A DNA stretch of 60,875 bases from Candidatus Omnitrophota bacterium (GCA_043808175.1 JAZDFE010000030.1:1-60875); one strand, 5' to 3'. Positions 27,470-37,792 are shown, counted from the first letter of the stretch. The notes: a model not told the origin generated them from the sequence alone. Made by a program: numbers and translations.

Positions 27470-29065
27470 TCAGTGCGGAGAATCCCGAAGGACAATGTGC
27501 GGATTTTTTTCCTGGAAATTCCTGAGAAGCCATTCGCTTAAGAAAAGAAGCACCCGGCGTCTCTGTTCATCCCGGGCCAAGGCGACGCCGTAGGAAAGCA
27601 CCTCCCCAAGATCCGCATCGTTGAGCGCGCTCTCAGCCCATCTCAGGATCTTCCACGGCAACATTTCAAGCTGCGACTCCGCACCATATTCTTCCTTCAA
27701 CCGGTACTGCAGCACTTCATATTGCAAAGGACCCACGGCTCCCAGAAGCGCGATGTTGGGATTGGACGGCTTGATCCAGCTGAAAACCTGCACAATATCT
27801 TCGGCAAGCAAATGCTCCAGGCCTTTTCGAAAAGGCTTGTATTTCGCCGGTGAAGGATTGTGGATCGAGGCAAAACATTCGGGAGCAAACCGCGGGATAG
27901 CATTGAACGCGATCGAGGGATCTTCGCTTACGGTATCCCCCACGCGGAAATCCGATTTAACGGCAAAGCCGACGATGTCCCCGGGAAACGCCTCATTGAC
28001 GGTTTCGCGGCTCTGTCCTAAAAGAGTGTGCGATCCCGCAAGCCTTACGCTCTTTCCTGTCCTCGTGTGATAAACGTTCATATCACGGGAAAACTTGCCC
28101 GAACAAATGCGCAAAAAAGCGATCCGATCACGATGCAACGGATTCATGTTGGTCTGGATCTTAAAGATAAAACCGGAAAAATCTGTTGAGATGACGGGAA
28201 TAGAACGGTCTCCCGCACGTCTCTCCACCGGTCCCGTGGAATACTTGATAAAGCCGTCGAGCAAAAGTTGTACGCCAAAGTTGTTCGCGGCACTCCCGAA
28301 AAAAACAGGCGTTGTCTTTCCCTGAAGCACCGACTCCGGAAAAAAGCCTACATGAGCCGTGTCCAAAAGCTCCAATTCCTCCGAGGCTTGGCCATAGGAT
28401 TGTTCGTCTATGATCTCTTTTACCGCGGGGTCTGAAAATCCATGCATCGACACCGGGGCTTTGTAGGCGCCCCCCGGAACTTTCTGAAAAATGTGCACTT
28501 CCTTTTGAAGCCGGTCATAAACTCCCCTGAATTCCCGGCCGCTTCCCAGAGGCCAGTTGACCGGATAGGCATGAATCCCAAGAACATTTTCCAGTTCGTC
28601 GATCAACGCGAGGGGGGCCAGACCCGGACGATCCAGCTTGTTCATGAAGGTAAAGATCGGGATCCCGCGGTGGCGGCATATCTCAAAAAGCTTGCGGGTC
28701 TGACTTTCAATACCCTTTCCGGAATCGATCACCATCACGACCGCATCGACCGCCATCAGCACCCGGTAGGTATCTTCCGAAAAATCTTTATGGCCCGGTG
28801 TATCGAGAAGATTGATCCTCCACGGACCGTAATCGAACTGAAGGAGCGTAGAACTGATCGAGATCCCACGCTTCTTCTCCATTTCCATCCAATCCGAGGC
28901 CGTCTCCCGCTCCTGCTTCCGGGCAGTTACGGAACCGGCCAGCTGGACAGCCCCGCCATACAGAAGGAATTTTTCCGTGAGTGTCGTTTTGCCGGCATCC
29001 GGATGTGAAATAATCGCGAACGTCCGCCGCCTTAAAATTTCGTCGTGAATCAAGCCTGTTTGCAT
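27470..29065 (-). CDS. prfC: Peptide chain release factor 3
   Basis: RRRTFAIISHPDAGKTT, DTPGHKDF, GAVGPLQYEV. Confidence 0.97.
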   Translation of the reverse strand: MQTGLIHDEILRRRTFAIISHPDAGKTTLTEKFLLYGGAVQLAGSVTARKQERETASDWMEMEKKRGISISSTLLQFDYGPWRINLLDTPGHKDFSEDTYRVLMAVDAVVMVIDSGKGIESQTRKLFEICRHRGIPIFTFMNKLDRPGLAPLALIDELENVLGIHAYPVNWPLGSGREFRGVYDRLQKEVHIFQKVPGGAYKAPVSMHGFSDPAVKEIIDEQSYGQASEELELLDTAHVGFFPESVLQGKTTPVFFGSAANNFGVQLLLDGFIKYSTGPVERRAGDRSIPVISTDFSGFIFKIQTNMNPLHRDRIAFLRICSGKFSRDMNVYHTRTGKSVRLAGSHTLLGQSRETVNEAFPGDIVGFAVKSDFRVGDTVSEDPSIAFNAIPRFAPECFASIHNPSPAKYKPFRKGLEHLLAEDIVQVFSWIKPSNPNIALLGAVGPLQYEVLQYRLKEEYGAESQLEMLPWKILRWAESALNDADLGEVLSYGVALARDEQRRRVLLFLSEWLLRNFQEKNPHIVLRDSPH

Positions 29066-29158
29066 CGTCTCATTTTTCCGTTTGTCTTCCCTGGATTTTA
29101 TTCACGTCGCTGGGGGAAGGGCAGCACTGATCACCTTAAACTTTTCAATTGATGAAGA

Positions 29159-30094
29159 TCAGTGCTGCTGTGATTCGCGAAGAAAGTCAGGATGGCTTTT
29201 CCAACCAGGGATCACCTTGCACCAAAGCTCCAGAAATATTTTTTTGCCGAGGAACCGCTCAATGTCGAAACGCGCGGCCATGCCGATCTGTTTGATCTTC
29301 TCACCGCCTTTGCCGATCACGATCGCTTTCTGGGAATCCCTCTCGATCACGATCGTAGCGTGAATGCGGGTTATTTTTTCTTCTTCCTTGAAATCATCGA
29401 TACGCACCGCTCCGTCGTAGGGAAGTTCCTCGCCCAGGAAGTGATAAAGCTTTTCACGTATCATTTCCTGCACGTGGAAGCGGACATTCTGGTCGGAAAG
29501 CTGATCTTCGGGATAAATGAACTCCCCAAAAGGCAGGTATTTCAACGTCTGTTGGATCAAGACTTTGACGTTCTCTCCGGTCTTGGCGCTAATGGGAATG
29601 AGTTCTTTGAAGGCGTAAGCTTTTTGAAAAGAATCCAGAGCTAACAAGAGATCGTCCTTGGGGAAACGGTCGATCTGATTGACCAAAAGAAATACGGGGA
29701 TGGAAACATCCTGGACCCATTTCAAGATCGCACGTTCCGCATCCCCCATGGCCTTGGGATAAACCATCCAGTAAAGAAGGTCCGCGTCCGAAAGCGACTG
29801 ATGGACGTCACGCACCATGCCCTCTCCCAAAGCATCTTTAGGTTGATGGACACCCGGCGTGTCGAGAAAAACGATCTGCCCGCGATAGGGGCTTTGGACC
29901 ACCGCGCCGTCAGGAACGGTCATGATCCCGCGGACCACATCGCGCGTCGTCTGTGGCTTGGCGGAAGTCCCGGCCAATTTCTCTCCCACCAAATAATTGA
30001 GCAGGGTGGATTTCCCGACGTTCGGTCTTCCGATGATCGCGACATGCCCTACCTTAGTTTCAGGCATCCTTTTTTTCTCCGTTGGATCCGGCAT
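29159..30094 (-). CDS. era: GTPase Era
   Basis: GRPNVGKSTL, PQTTR, DTPG, EELPY, VIGKGG KH domain. Confidence 0.95.
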   Translation of the reverse strand: MPDPTEKKRMPETKVGHVAIIGRPNVGKSTLLNYLVGEKLAGTSAKPQTTRDVVRGIMTVPDGAVVQSPYRGQIVFLDTPGVHQPKDALGEGMVRDVHQSLSDADLLYWMVYPKAMGDAERAILKWVQDVSIPVFLLVNQIDRFPKDDLLLALDSFQKAYAFKELIPISAKTGENVKVLIQQTLKYLPFGEFIYPEDQLSDQNVRFHVQEMIREKLYHFLGEELPYDGAVRIDDFKEEEKITRIHATIVIERDSQKAIVIGKGGEKIKQIGMAARFDIERFLGKKIFLELWCKVIPGWKSHPDFLRESQQH

Positions 30095-31274
30095 CTGTCC
30101 TGTTTTGGGTCGTAAAAGGTTGGGTCAGGATCGAACCCAGTTTGGTCAATCTGTACGTCATCTGTCCCGGCGCGCTCGCGGCCATCTTTACGGTCCCGGC
30201 GATGCCCGCCTTGGCCTTAGAGATCAAAGCCTTTTGGAATGCTTTTGTGAAAGCGCTGAAAACGCGGAACTTGGGATCCTCGATGTAGCCATCGACCTTA
30301 ATATCCAATTCCACAGTTTTCTGATCCTCCAAAAGAAGGCGGACCGCATCGAACGGATATTGGAGAAGCCTCTGGGCGGCGGTCGGCGCCGCAAATGTCA
30401 TAGACTTGAGAGTCAGTAAATGCTCCGACTTGAGATCCCCTTCCACACACAACAAATGCGACTTGAGATCAAAGGTCCCGCTTTGCACTTCACCGAGGAT
30501 CCCGGAAAGAAGAAACTCATATTCCGCCATGGAACCGCCGGTGATCTGAACGTCCACATCAAAATTGTCCCCATCCGCAAATTGGCACTTCCCCCCGCCT
30601 TGGAAACGGGCTGGAGGATTCACCCCGAATGTTGCCTCCACCTGGATCGTCTCCGTAAAGGTCGGGCTGACATAATCCGAAAGAAAATCAAAACCGTCCC
30701 AGTGCCCCTTGATATGCTCAAAAATCCACCGCTGCTCTTCGGGTTCGCGCCTGTCATCAAAAATGAGGGCTCCTTTCTCGAGTTCCAAACGGTCGATCCG
30801 GACACGCCAGGAGTCTTCGCCGACATTGTCCGGATGAGGCATCGCGCGCGGCGGGATCGGTGGACTTTCCTTATCAAGCCCCATGTTGTGATACCAGTGT
30901 TTGACATTGGTCCGCGACCCCTGAGGAGTCATGTAGCTTTCAATGGCGAAAACAACTTCTTTGAAATGGGCCTTACGGATCCGGATAAACTTGTTCTTGA
31001 GCACCCGAAGGTCCAGAGTGCAATCAATGCCTTTAGCCGTGAAATGGTCGCGCCTTTTGAACCCCGGAGGGTTGAGGATCTCGAGTTTTTTAACACTGAT
31101 ATGCGCAAAAAAAGGGGAAATGCGCATGCCCGCGATATGGACCGGCATGTCAAAGAGCCGGGTCATTATTTTCTCCAAAAAAGGCTCGGCGACCATGCCC
31201 AGGAGCCGGGCATGCAGCATCCCGAGAATAGCCAGCATGATCAAAACAAAGAAAAGAGGCCTTAGTTTTTTCAT
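30060..31274 (-). CDS. AsmA/DUF748-like envelope protein
   Basis: N-terminal anchor, beta-rich body, C-terminal VDGYIEDPKF. Confidence 0.6.
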   Translation of the reverse strand: MKKLRPLFFVLIMLAILGMLHARLLGMVAEPFLEKIMTRLFDMPVHIAGMRISPFFAHISVKKLEILNPPGFKRRDHFTAKGIDCTLDLRVLKNKFIRIRKAHFKEVVFAIESYMTPQGSRTNVKHWYHNMGLDKESPPIPPRAMPHPDNVGEDSWRVRIDRLELEKGALIFDDRREPEEQRWIFEHIKGHWDGFDFLSDYVSPTFTETIQVEATFGVNPPARFQGGGKCQFADGDNFDVDVQITGGSMAEYEFLLSGILGEVQSGTFDLKSHLLCVEGDLKSEHLLTLKSMTFAAPTAAQRLLQYPFDAVRLLLEDQKTVELDIKVDGYIEDPKFRVFSAFTKAFQKALISKAKAGIAGTVKMAASAPGQMTYRLTKLGSILTQPFTTQNRTDAGSNGEKKDA

Positions 31275-32287
31275 CGAGGGATCAATTCTTTCCGGAAAAT
31301 TTCCTCCCGGGCGTAAAGTTCTTTCAGCCGCACAACGTCCTCCCGGCTTAGCGCCGGTTTCAAAGATGCCTCTACATTCTCAAGCGCCTGTGTTCTGGTT
31401 TTCGCTCCAGCGATCACCGTCGAAACTGCCCCGAACGCGAGGGCAAATTCTAACGCCGCTTTCGACAGAGATGGGGTCCCGGACCCAAGCATTTGCTGAA
31501 TAAGCCGGATCTTTTGCCAATCAGCTTCCCGCTTTTCAGGGGCCCACCGGCAGCGATGATCGTCCTTGGGGAATTCATGCTCCGGTGTATATTTCCCGCT
31601 CAAAAGTCCCGAAGCAAGGGCCTCCCGGACGATCACTGCGGTGCCCTTTTTCTCCGCTTCAGGAAAGATCTTTTCAGCCATGCGCTGGTCCAATAGATTA
31701 AAGATGATCTGGATTGCTTGGACTCGCGGGTCCTTGAGCGCCGCCCAGGCCTCAGCCTCCGTATGGACCGAGATCCCGATAAAGCGGATCTTCCCTTCTT
31801 TCTTCAACCCCTCCAGAACGCCTACCAAATCCCCCTTTTGGATCAACTCCAGAGAGGGATTATGAAGCTGAAAAAGGTCGACTACATCCGTGCCGAGACG
31901 TTTGAGGCTTTGTTCGCAAGCGAAGTGGATGTGACCGGTATCAAAATTTTTCCTATGCCCGACATGATTGAGTTTTTCGGGCGATCCCCGCAGAAAAAAT
32001 CCGCGCTTTTGCGAAGGCGGATAAAAATCCCAACCGCACTTGGTGGCCAGGATCAAGCGGTCGCGGGACCTGTCTTTCAGGAATTTCCCGAGAAGTTCTT
32101 CGCTGTGCCCTTCTCCGTAGACGTCGGCCGTATCAAAGAAATTAACCCCAGAATCCCATGCAGCCGCTAAGGCTTCGAGAGAATCTTTATCACGAACCGG
32201 ACCGTAGGCATGACCTCCTATGGCCCAGCAACCGAAGCCGACTTCGGAAACACGCAAACCTGTTTTTCCAAAAGGGCGCTCTTTCAT
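31271..32287 (-). CDS. Aldo/keto reductase
   Basis: GFGCW, FDTADVYG, SLKRLGTD, LASGLL. Confidence 0.95.
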   Translation of the reverse strand: MKERPFGKTGLRVSEVGFGCWAIGGHAYGPVRDKDSLEALAAAWDSGVNFFDTADVYGEGHSEELLGKFLKDRSRDRLILATKCGWDFYPPSQKRGFFLRGSPEKLNHVGHRKNFDTGHIHFACEQSLKRLGTDVVDLFQLHNPSLELIQKGDLVGVLEGLKKEGKIRFIGISVHTEAEAWAALKDPRVQAIQIIFNLLDQRMAEKIFPEAEKKGTAVIVREALASGLLSGKYTPEHEFPKDDHRCRWAPEKREADWQKIRLIQQMLGSGTPSLSKAALEFALAFGAVSTVIAGAKTRTQALENVEASLKPALSREDVVRLKELYAREEIFRKELIPR

Positions 32288-32344
32288 ACGGGGAGTAACG
32301 ACTCCGATCCGGGACACCTGAGAGAAGGGGGGACGATGGAACGG

Positions 32345-32674
32345 TTACTTCGGAAAAAGTTCGTCAATGGCTTTTTGGATCTTATCCTGGGCCTGATAGC
32401 CCACAAGCTGTTTCGCGACTTCTCCGTCCTTGAAGAAGATGACCGTCGGGATACCCTGGATCCCATATTTCTGGGGCGTATTCGGATTCTCATCCACGTT
32501 CATTTTTCCGATCGCAACACGACCGGCATTGGCCGCCGCGATCTTTTCGATCACGGGACCGAGCATCCGGCAAGGTCCGCACCACTCGGCCCAAAAATCG
32601 ACCAGAACGGGTTGTTCGGATTGAAGCACCTCAGCCTGAAAATTGGCATCGGTAAGAGTCTTTTCTTTGCTCAT
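32345..32674 (-). CDS. trxA: Thioredoxin
   Basis: WAEWCGPC. Confidence 0.97.
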   Translation of the reverse strand: MSKEKTLTDANFQAEVLQSEQPVLVDFWAEWCGPCRMLGPVIEKIAAANAGRVAIGKMNVDENPNTPQKYGIQGIPTVIFFKDGEVAKQLVGYQAQDKIQKAIDELFPK

Positions 32675-32744
32675 GGATTCACCCTGTCAGAGATAGAAAA
32701 AGTTTTTAAAATATCGGATTTTTTCGAACTTAAAATTAACCCAC

Positions 32745-32826
32745 AAAAAACAGCCCCATTCCTGCAATCCCTAACGGGGCTAGCCTCACTTTCTGGAAGG
32801 TGACGGCGGCAAGCTCGCCGCAACGG
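32745..32826 (-). ncRNA. Candidate small structured RNA or attenuator
   Basis: TGGACA-17 bp-TATATT promoter (32861-32833), two hairpins, then stem AGCCCC/GGGGCT with a U6 tail. Confidence 0.5.
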
Positions 32827-32891
32827 AGCCGTAATATACACCGAACACAGGGTTCTGTCCACACACTGGCAATCTTCGCAAATCCGAGGAA

Positions 32892-33263
32892 CTATTTTGG
32901 GCCGAGGATCTCCGAGATAGCCTTGAACACCTGATCCACGAACGGTTTCTGGACCACTCGCTCAGCGCCGGCCTCTCGGGCCAAAATATCCAGCTTCATT
33001 TCTTGCACGGCAGTAAAAAACACTACGGGAATATGCGCGGTCTCTTTCATCGCCTTGAGGCGACGACAAGTTTCATACCCGTCCATCCCAGGCATGGCAA
33101 TATCCAACAAAATAAGATCGGGCTGCCACATCTTTGCTTTGTCAAGACCGCTTAGGCCGTCCGTTGCGATCTCGACAAGAAATCCGCGCGATGCGACACG
33201 GACTTTCAAGAGCGTCACCACCACAGGTTCATCATCCACGATCAGGATCTTCTGGGGTGTCAT
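32892..33263 (-). CDS. Single-domain response regulator
   Basis: ILIVDDE, LLDIAMPGMDG, FTA, KP. Confidence 0.95.
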   Translation of the reverse strand: MTPQKILIVDDEPVVVTLLKVRVASRGFLVEIATDGLSGLDKAKMWQPDLILLDIAMPGMDGYETCRRLKAMKETAHIPVVFFTAVQEMKLDILAREAGAERVVQKPFVDQVFKAISEILGPK

Positions 33264-33296
33264 GATTCCTCCTTAATGAAAAAATGAATTAGAAAC

Positions 33297-33427
33297 TGGG
33301 ACAGTCCAAACTTTGCATTTTTTTCCAAAATGGTAGTTTGGACAGCCCCAATTTCAACTCCGTTGAAATTGATAGGTATTGGGACAGTTCAAGTCGCCAT
33401 TGATAAAAATAAAACAAGACTTAGGCG
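33297..33427. repeat. Three-hairpin composite array
   Basis: gtccaaact/agtttggac, then ccccaatttcaa..ttgaaattgataggtattgggac, then aagtc/gactt. Confidence 0.8.
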
Positions 33428-33493
33428 CCATGCTTCTTTTTAGGTTCTGTTCCAAAGCTCCTCTAGTAGGTTTCGGAATCCTTCCCCGTAAAC

Positions 33494-34168
33494 TTAAAGC
33501 CTATTTCCAGTCCTTCTGGGGGCTGCTTTATACGCTGAGGGACACAAATCCTGGATTTCACAATGCCAACAATCCGGCCGCCGGGCAAAACAGCGCACGC
33601 GGCCATGATGGATGATAAGATGCGAATAGAGCGTCCAATTCCTTACCGGCACTAATCTCATCAAGTCAAATTCGATCTTCATGGGATCTGAGTGGCACGT
33701 CGCCCGCAGCAAACGGTTGATGCGGATCATGTGCGTATCTACCGAGATTCCGGGGATCCCGAACGCGTTCCCCAAAATGACATTAGCCGTTTTCCGGCCT
33801 ACTCCCGGGATCGTGATAAGATCTTCCATGTGGGCCGGGACTTTCCCTCCAAATCTTTCAAGAACCACTTTCGCGGCACCGAGAATGTTCTTGGTCTTAT
33901 TCCTATAAAAGCCCGTGCTCCGAACCGTTTTCTCAACCGCCCTAGAGTCCGCGGCTGCAAAGGCGCGTATGTTTGGATATCTTTTAAAAAGAACCGGCGT
34001 AATCCGGTTCACAAGTTTATCGGTACACTGCGCGGAAAGAACCGTCGCCACCAAGAGCTCCCACGGTGTCCGGAAATAAAGGGCACACCGGATATCCGGA
34101 TAGACTTTGCGCAACCGGAGGAAAATCGCACGCACGCGTCTCTTTTTGGCCGCAAATGTCTCTTTCAT
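33494..34168 (-). CDS. nth: Endonuclease III
   Basis: LSAQCTD, PGVGRKTAN, VDTH, four-Cys Fe-S motif. Confidence 0.95.
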   Translation of the reverse strand: MKETFAAKKRRVRAIFLRLRKVYPDIRCALYFRTPWELLVATVLSAQCTDKLVNRITPVLFKRYPNIRAFAAADSRAVEKTVRSTGFYRNKTKNILGAAKVVLERFGGKVPAHMEDLITIPGVGRKTANVILGNAFGIPGISVDTHMIRINRLLRATCHSDPMKIEFDLMRLVPVRNWTLYSHLIIHHGRVRCFARRPDCWHCEIQDLCPSAYKAAPRRTGNRL

Positions 34169-34209
34169 GAGTAACAATATACTACATACAAGCTTTAGCG
34201 TTGAAATCT

Positions 34210-34331
34210 ATCCTGACTTTTATTTTCTTCTCCTTAAGGGTGGTCGGGACAGCCTTGGCTTTTATTTTTTTCTAAATGGTGGCCAGGGCAGCCCCAATTT
34301 TCACGCGATGGAAATTGACGAGGATCGGGAC
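34210..34331. repeat. Three-hairpin composite array
   Basis: tcctgac/gtcggga, gccttggc/gccagggc, ccccaatttt..gaaattgacgaggatcgggac. Confidence 0.75.
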
Positions 34332-34396
34332 TCAATGTCATCCGCATTGTCCTCCACTTATTTTTCAAGTATACTTCGCAAATAGGGAGAATTTTT

Positions 34397-35434
34397 ATGG
34401 CAAAGATGAAAGCCGTTGTTTTCAGAAAGCATGGCACGACAGCGGAACTTGAGGAAGCTTACGTGCCCATCCCGGAACTCGGAAAAAAGGATGTCCTGGT
34501 CAAGGTCAAGGCTTGCGCGCTGAACCATTTGGATCTTTGGACGCTTGCGGGCATGCCCGGCATCAAGATCAGCATGCCGCATATTCTCGGTTGCGATATC
34601 GCGGGCGAAGTCGTTGAAAAAGGCAAAAAGGCTCATGGTATCCCGCTCCATAAACCCGTGATCGTCGCGCCCGGCATTTCCTGCGGCAAATGTGCTTACT
34701 GCAAATCCGGCTGGGACAGCCTTTGCGCCCATTATGAGATCGTCGGATTTCAGAACAGCGGCGGGTACGCGGAATATGTCAAGATCCCCGCGCGAAACAT
34801 CATCCCTGTCACCGGCAATCTTGGAATGGAATCCTGGGCTGCGGTGCCGCTTGTATTTCTAACGGCGTGGCATATCCTCGTAACGCGGGCCGCTCTCCAG
34901 AAAAAAGAGACGGTGCTCATTCAGGCCGGCGGAAGCGGGATCGGCAGCGCTGGGATCCAGATCGCAAAGCTCCTGGGAGCCCGGGTGATCACCACAGTAG
35001 GAAGTGAAGAAAAAGTCAAGCGGGCCAAAGCGCTCGGGGCGGACGTTGTCATCAATTATAAGCTGAAAGATTTCCAGACCGAGGTCATGCGCCTGACTCA
35101 CAGTGAGGGCGTCGACGTTCTTTTCGAACACATCGGAGGCCATACATTCGCCCAAAGCGTATTGTGCCTCAAGAAAAAAGGGCGAATCGTCACCTGCGGC
35201 GCCACAACCGGCCGCACCGTCAGTTTTGATCTGCGTTATCTTTTCACGCGCCAGCTTTCTGTCATAGGTGCTTACATGGGCGGCATTCCTGAGCTTCAGC
35301 GCATCGTCCGACGTATTCAAGACGGTCGTTTGCGGCCTGTGATTGACCAGATATTTCCATTACGGGAAGCGCGCCAAGCCTTAAATCGCATGGCTTCCCG
35401 GGAGAACTTTGGAAAAATTATTTTAAAACCTTAA
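34397..35434 (+). CDS. Zinc-binding medium-chain dehydrogenase/quinone oxidoreductase
   Basis: ALNHLD, GCDIAG, CGKCAYC..C, AGGSGIG, GKIIL. Confidence 0.92.
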   Translation: MAKMKAVVFRKHGTTAELEEAYVPIPELGKKDVLVKVKACALNHLDLWTLAGMPGIKISMPHILGCDIAGEVVEKGKKAHGIPLHKPVIVAPGISCGKCAYCKSGWDSLCAHYEIVGFQNSGGYAEYVKIPARNIIPVTGNLGMESWAAVPLVFLTAWHILVTRAALQKKETVLIQAGGSGIGSAGIQIAKLLGARVITTVGSEEKVKRAKALGADVVINYKLKDFQTEVMRLTHSEGVDVLFEHIGGHTFAQSVLCLKKKGRIVTCGATTGRTVSFDLRYLFTRQLSVIGAYMGGIPELQRIVRRIQDGRLRPVIDQIFPLREARQALNRMASRENFGKIILKP

Positions 35435-35439
35435 CAGCC

Positions 35440-35510
35440 GGATGGAGGATGACGGAAAGCGGATGACGAAAAACTTGACACCATTCGCCATCCTCGATCC
35501 ACGACCCCTG
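35440..35510. repeat. Heptamer-based palindrome
   Basis: ggatggaggatgacgg...gccatcctcgatcc. Confidence 0.55.
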
Positions 35511-35515
35511 CTCCC

Positions 35516-36409
35516 ATGAAACGCTCCAGACTTTATCTCTCCGGCATTCAATTGATGTCTCAAAGCGCGATTTGTTTTTCCATCATGGCGCTTTGCGTCA
35601 AATATGCGAGTGTGTCACTCTCTCCGTTCCAAATCGTTTTTTTCCGGAGTTTTTTCGGCATGCTGATAGTGCTCCCCTTTATTTGGCGCAAAAAGGTATC
35701 GCTCTGGGGTGAAGAACGGCTCAAACTGACGTCCCGCGGCATCTGTGGCTTCGGCGCTCTGATCCTTCACTTTTACACCATCGCCAAACTTGATCTCGGG
35801 CTTGCAATCATGCTCAATTATACGGCGCCCATTTTTACGGTGATCTTCTCGGTCTTTTTCTTGAAGGAGCGCCCGAGCCTCTCTCTTTGCTTTCTGATCG
35901 TTTTGTCTTTCACCGGAGTGATCCTGCTGAATACGCGTTCCGGCGCGGCGTGGAGCCCGGCAGTATGGCTAGCGCTATTTTCCTCGGTCTTCGCCGCATT
36001 CGCTTATCTGTCGATCCGAACGATCCGACAACGAGAGTCACCCTACACCGTGGTTTTTTATTTCACGCTGATCTCGACCGTGGGTTCGCTTTTTTTCCTG
36101 AAAGGATGGAAGTGGCCAGACCCTGCATCCTGGGGACTAATCGCCGGGGTGGTGATCTTTTCTTTCTACGGGCAGGTCTGGATGACCACCGCTCTGAGAC
36201 GCGCACCCGCCTACCTGGTCACGCCATTCTCTTACCTTCATCCGGTGCTCTCGTTCGCGTATGGATGGCTGCTATGGGGGGATGCCATCACCTGGATCAC
36301 CGCGGCCGGCATTTTTCTGATCGTGGGAAGCGGCTCGCTTATTTCCTATTTTGAAACAAAACGCGAAAAAAAACTTCCCGCCTCCCTCTCGAGTGAATCC
36401 TGCCTTTAG
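35516..36409 (+). CDS. DMT/EamA family transporter
   Basis: About 10 TM helices, IVFFRS, FLKER. Confidence 0.9.
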   Translation: MKRSRLYLSGIQLMSQSAICFSIMALCVKYASVSLSPFQIVFFRSFFGMLIVLPFIWRKKVSLWGEERLKLTSRGICGFGALILHFYTIAKLDLGLAIMLNYTAPIFTVIFSVFFLKERPSLSLCFLIVLSFTGVILLNTRSGAAWSPAVWLALFSSVFAAFAYLSIRTIRQRESPYTVVFYFTLISTVGSLFFLKGWKWPDPASWGLIAGVVIFSFYGQVWMTTALRRAPAYLVTPFSYLHPVLSFAYGWLLWGDAITWITAAGIFLIVGSGSLISYFETKREKKLPASLSSESCL

Positions 36410-36503
36410 CATAGCTTCGAGATTGAAATTGCGGATAGTGCAATTTCAATTTGCTTTATGTGCTGTACCGTTAAACCCATAAAATCAAATAGGGAACGGT
36501 ACT
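36408..36503. repeat. Two-hairpin array between convergent genes (possible terminator)
   Basis: attgaaattgc/gcaatttcaat, then gtaccgtt-aaacccataaaatcaaataggg-aacggtac matching the module at 25983-26018. Confidence 0.75.
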
Positions 36504-36507
36504 AAGC

Positions 36508-37323
36508 TTACGCCTTGGCGTCTTGGACATCCGTTATTTTGAATGCGACGAACATATAAACTAAATTAATCAGGATCATCACCCCGAACGGCAATGGCAG
36601 CCTCCGAAGCGGCGTCATGATTTGAAACCATGTCAGAGTGAAAGACACGGTCGTAGCAAAGCACACTAGAGAAAAAATAGATCCGTAACGAAGTTTTTGC
36701 TTCCTCATCATGTTGAACAAAAGCCCGACAAGCGAATAGAGAAGATCCGTGATCAGAATGAGAAAGAAGAACAGGACGATCATGACAGGCGGAATGATCA
36801 AAAATAGAGTATTTTTGATCACTTTAAAGAGACCTCCCACGATTTCACCGGTGATCCGGATCTTGGGCGGCAGTTGTTCCTTTGTCTGGATCCCCGCCTT
36901 GGTAATATCCCGTTCTTCGATCTGCCCCGGCGCCCGTTTCATAAAAACTTTTGTCGAGGTCACAAGCAAGGGAGCCTTGTTCAGGTCCGCTTCAGTCACG
37001 GATGTTTTGGTCATATCGAAAGCAACGATCGGACCGTATTGAGGATGAACCAAAAGGGCTGTCGTCTGACCATTCTCCAGAGAAATTCCCCCGGGTGTCC
37101 AGATCACGACCGGCATAGTCTTCTGAGTCCAGGAAACAAACTCATTCACAACGGGCAACACCCTCCCAAGCATCAAAAACACGGTCAATACGCCGGCGAT
37201 CACCGAAAGATAAAAAACATAAAGCACTCCCTTCCACGCGGACCTCTTTGTGGCATCATGAAAAACACGCGGGTGGAAAAGCGCGGTAACGGGAGCGAGC
37301 CAAAAAGAAAGAAGGTTATTCAT
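36508..37323 (-). CDS. DUF1189-like membrane protein
   Basis: N-terminal TM, soluble loop, three C-terminal TMs. Confidence 0.65.
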   Translation of the reverse strand: MNNLLSFWLAPVTALFHPRVFHDATKRSAWKGVLYVFYLSVIAGVLTVFLMLGRVLPVVNEFVSWTQKTMPVVIWTPGGISLENGQTTALLVHPQYGPIVAFDMTKTSVTEADLNKAPLLVTSTKVFMKRAPGQIEERDITKAGIQTKEQLPPKIRITGEIVGGLFKVIKNTLFLIIPPVMIVLFFFLILITDLLYSLVGLLFNMMRKQKLRYGSIFSLVCFATTVSFTLTWFQIMTPLRRLPLPFGVMILINLVYMFVAFKITDVQDAKA

Positions 37324-37792
37324 AGAGGATCTCCATGATTTTGAGTTTGATCTTCCCTGCCGGAACTTGAATGACGGCTTCTTCGTTCAAAGCTTTTCCC
37401 AGTATGCCGCGGCCGATCGGCGAGGTCACCGAGATCTTCCCCTCGTCAAAATTCGCTTCATCCTGAGAGACGAGCGTATAATCAAAAATATCGCCGCTGT
37501 CGAGATTCTTCACTTTTACCTTGGCGCTCAAATAGGCTTTGTCCTGGGCGATATCTCCTTTATCAAGAATGCGCGCATTCGCGAGACGAGCCTCTAACTG
37601 ACCGATTCGGATCTCCAGCTGGTGCTTGGCTTCCTTGGCGGTCTCCCAATCGGCATTCTCGCTGAGATCGCCGTGCGCCCGGGCCTTTTCAAGCTGGTTC
37701 GCGACCTCGCGACGTTTCTTGGTCTTAAGAAAGTTCAATTCTTCGTAAAGCTTGTCATAACCTTGCTGTGTTAAGATCACTTTATCCGACAT
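37316..37792 (-). CDS. greA: Transcription elongation factor GreA
   Basis: ARAHGDLSENA, ISVTSPIG. Confidence 0.95.
   Translation of the reverse strand: MSDKVILTQQGYDKLYEELNFLKTKKRREVANQLEKARAHGDLSENADWETAKEAKHQLEIRIGQLEARLANARILDKGDIAQDKAYLSAKVKVKNLDSGDIFDYTLVSQDEANFDEGKISVTSPIGRGILGKALNEEAVIQVPAGKIKLKIMEILYE

Noticed and set aside
29878-29912. Short extra segment in Era (GAVVQSPY) with a weak hairpin
   Set aside because: Too short and no second copy, so it cannot be separated from ordinary loop variation
32745-32870. SRP RNA, 6S RNA or tRNA
   Set aside because: Lacks the SRP domain IV motif, the long 6S rod and the TTCGA T-loop
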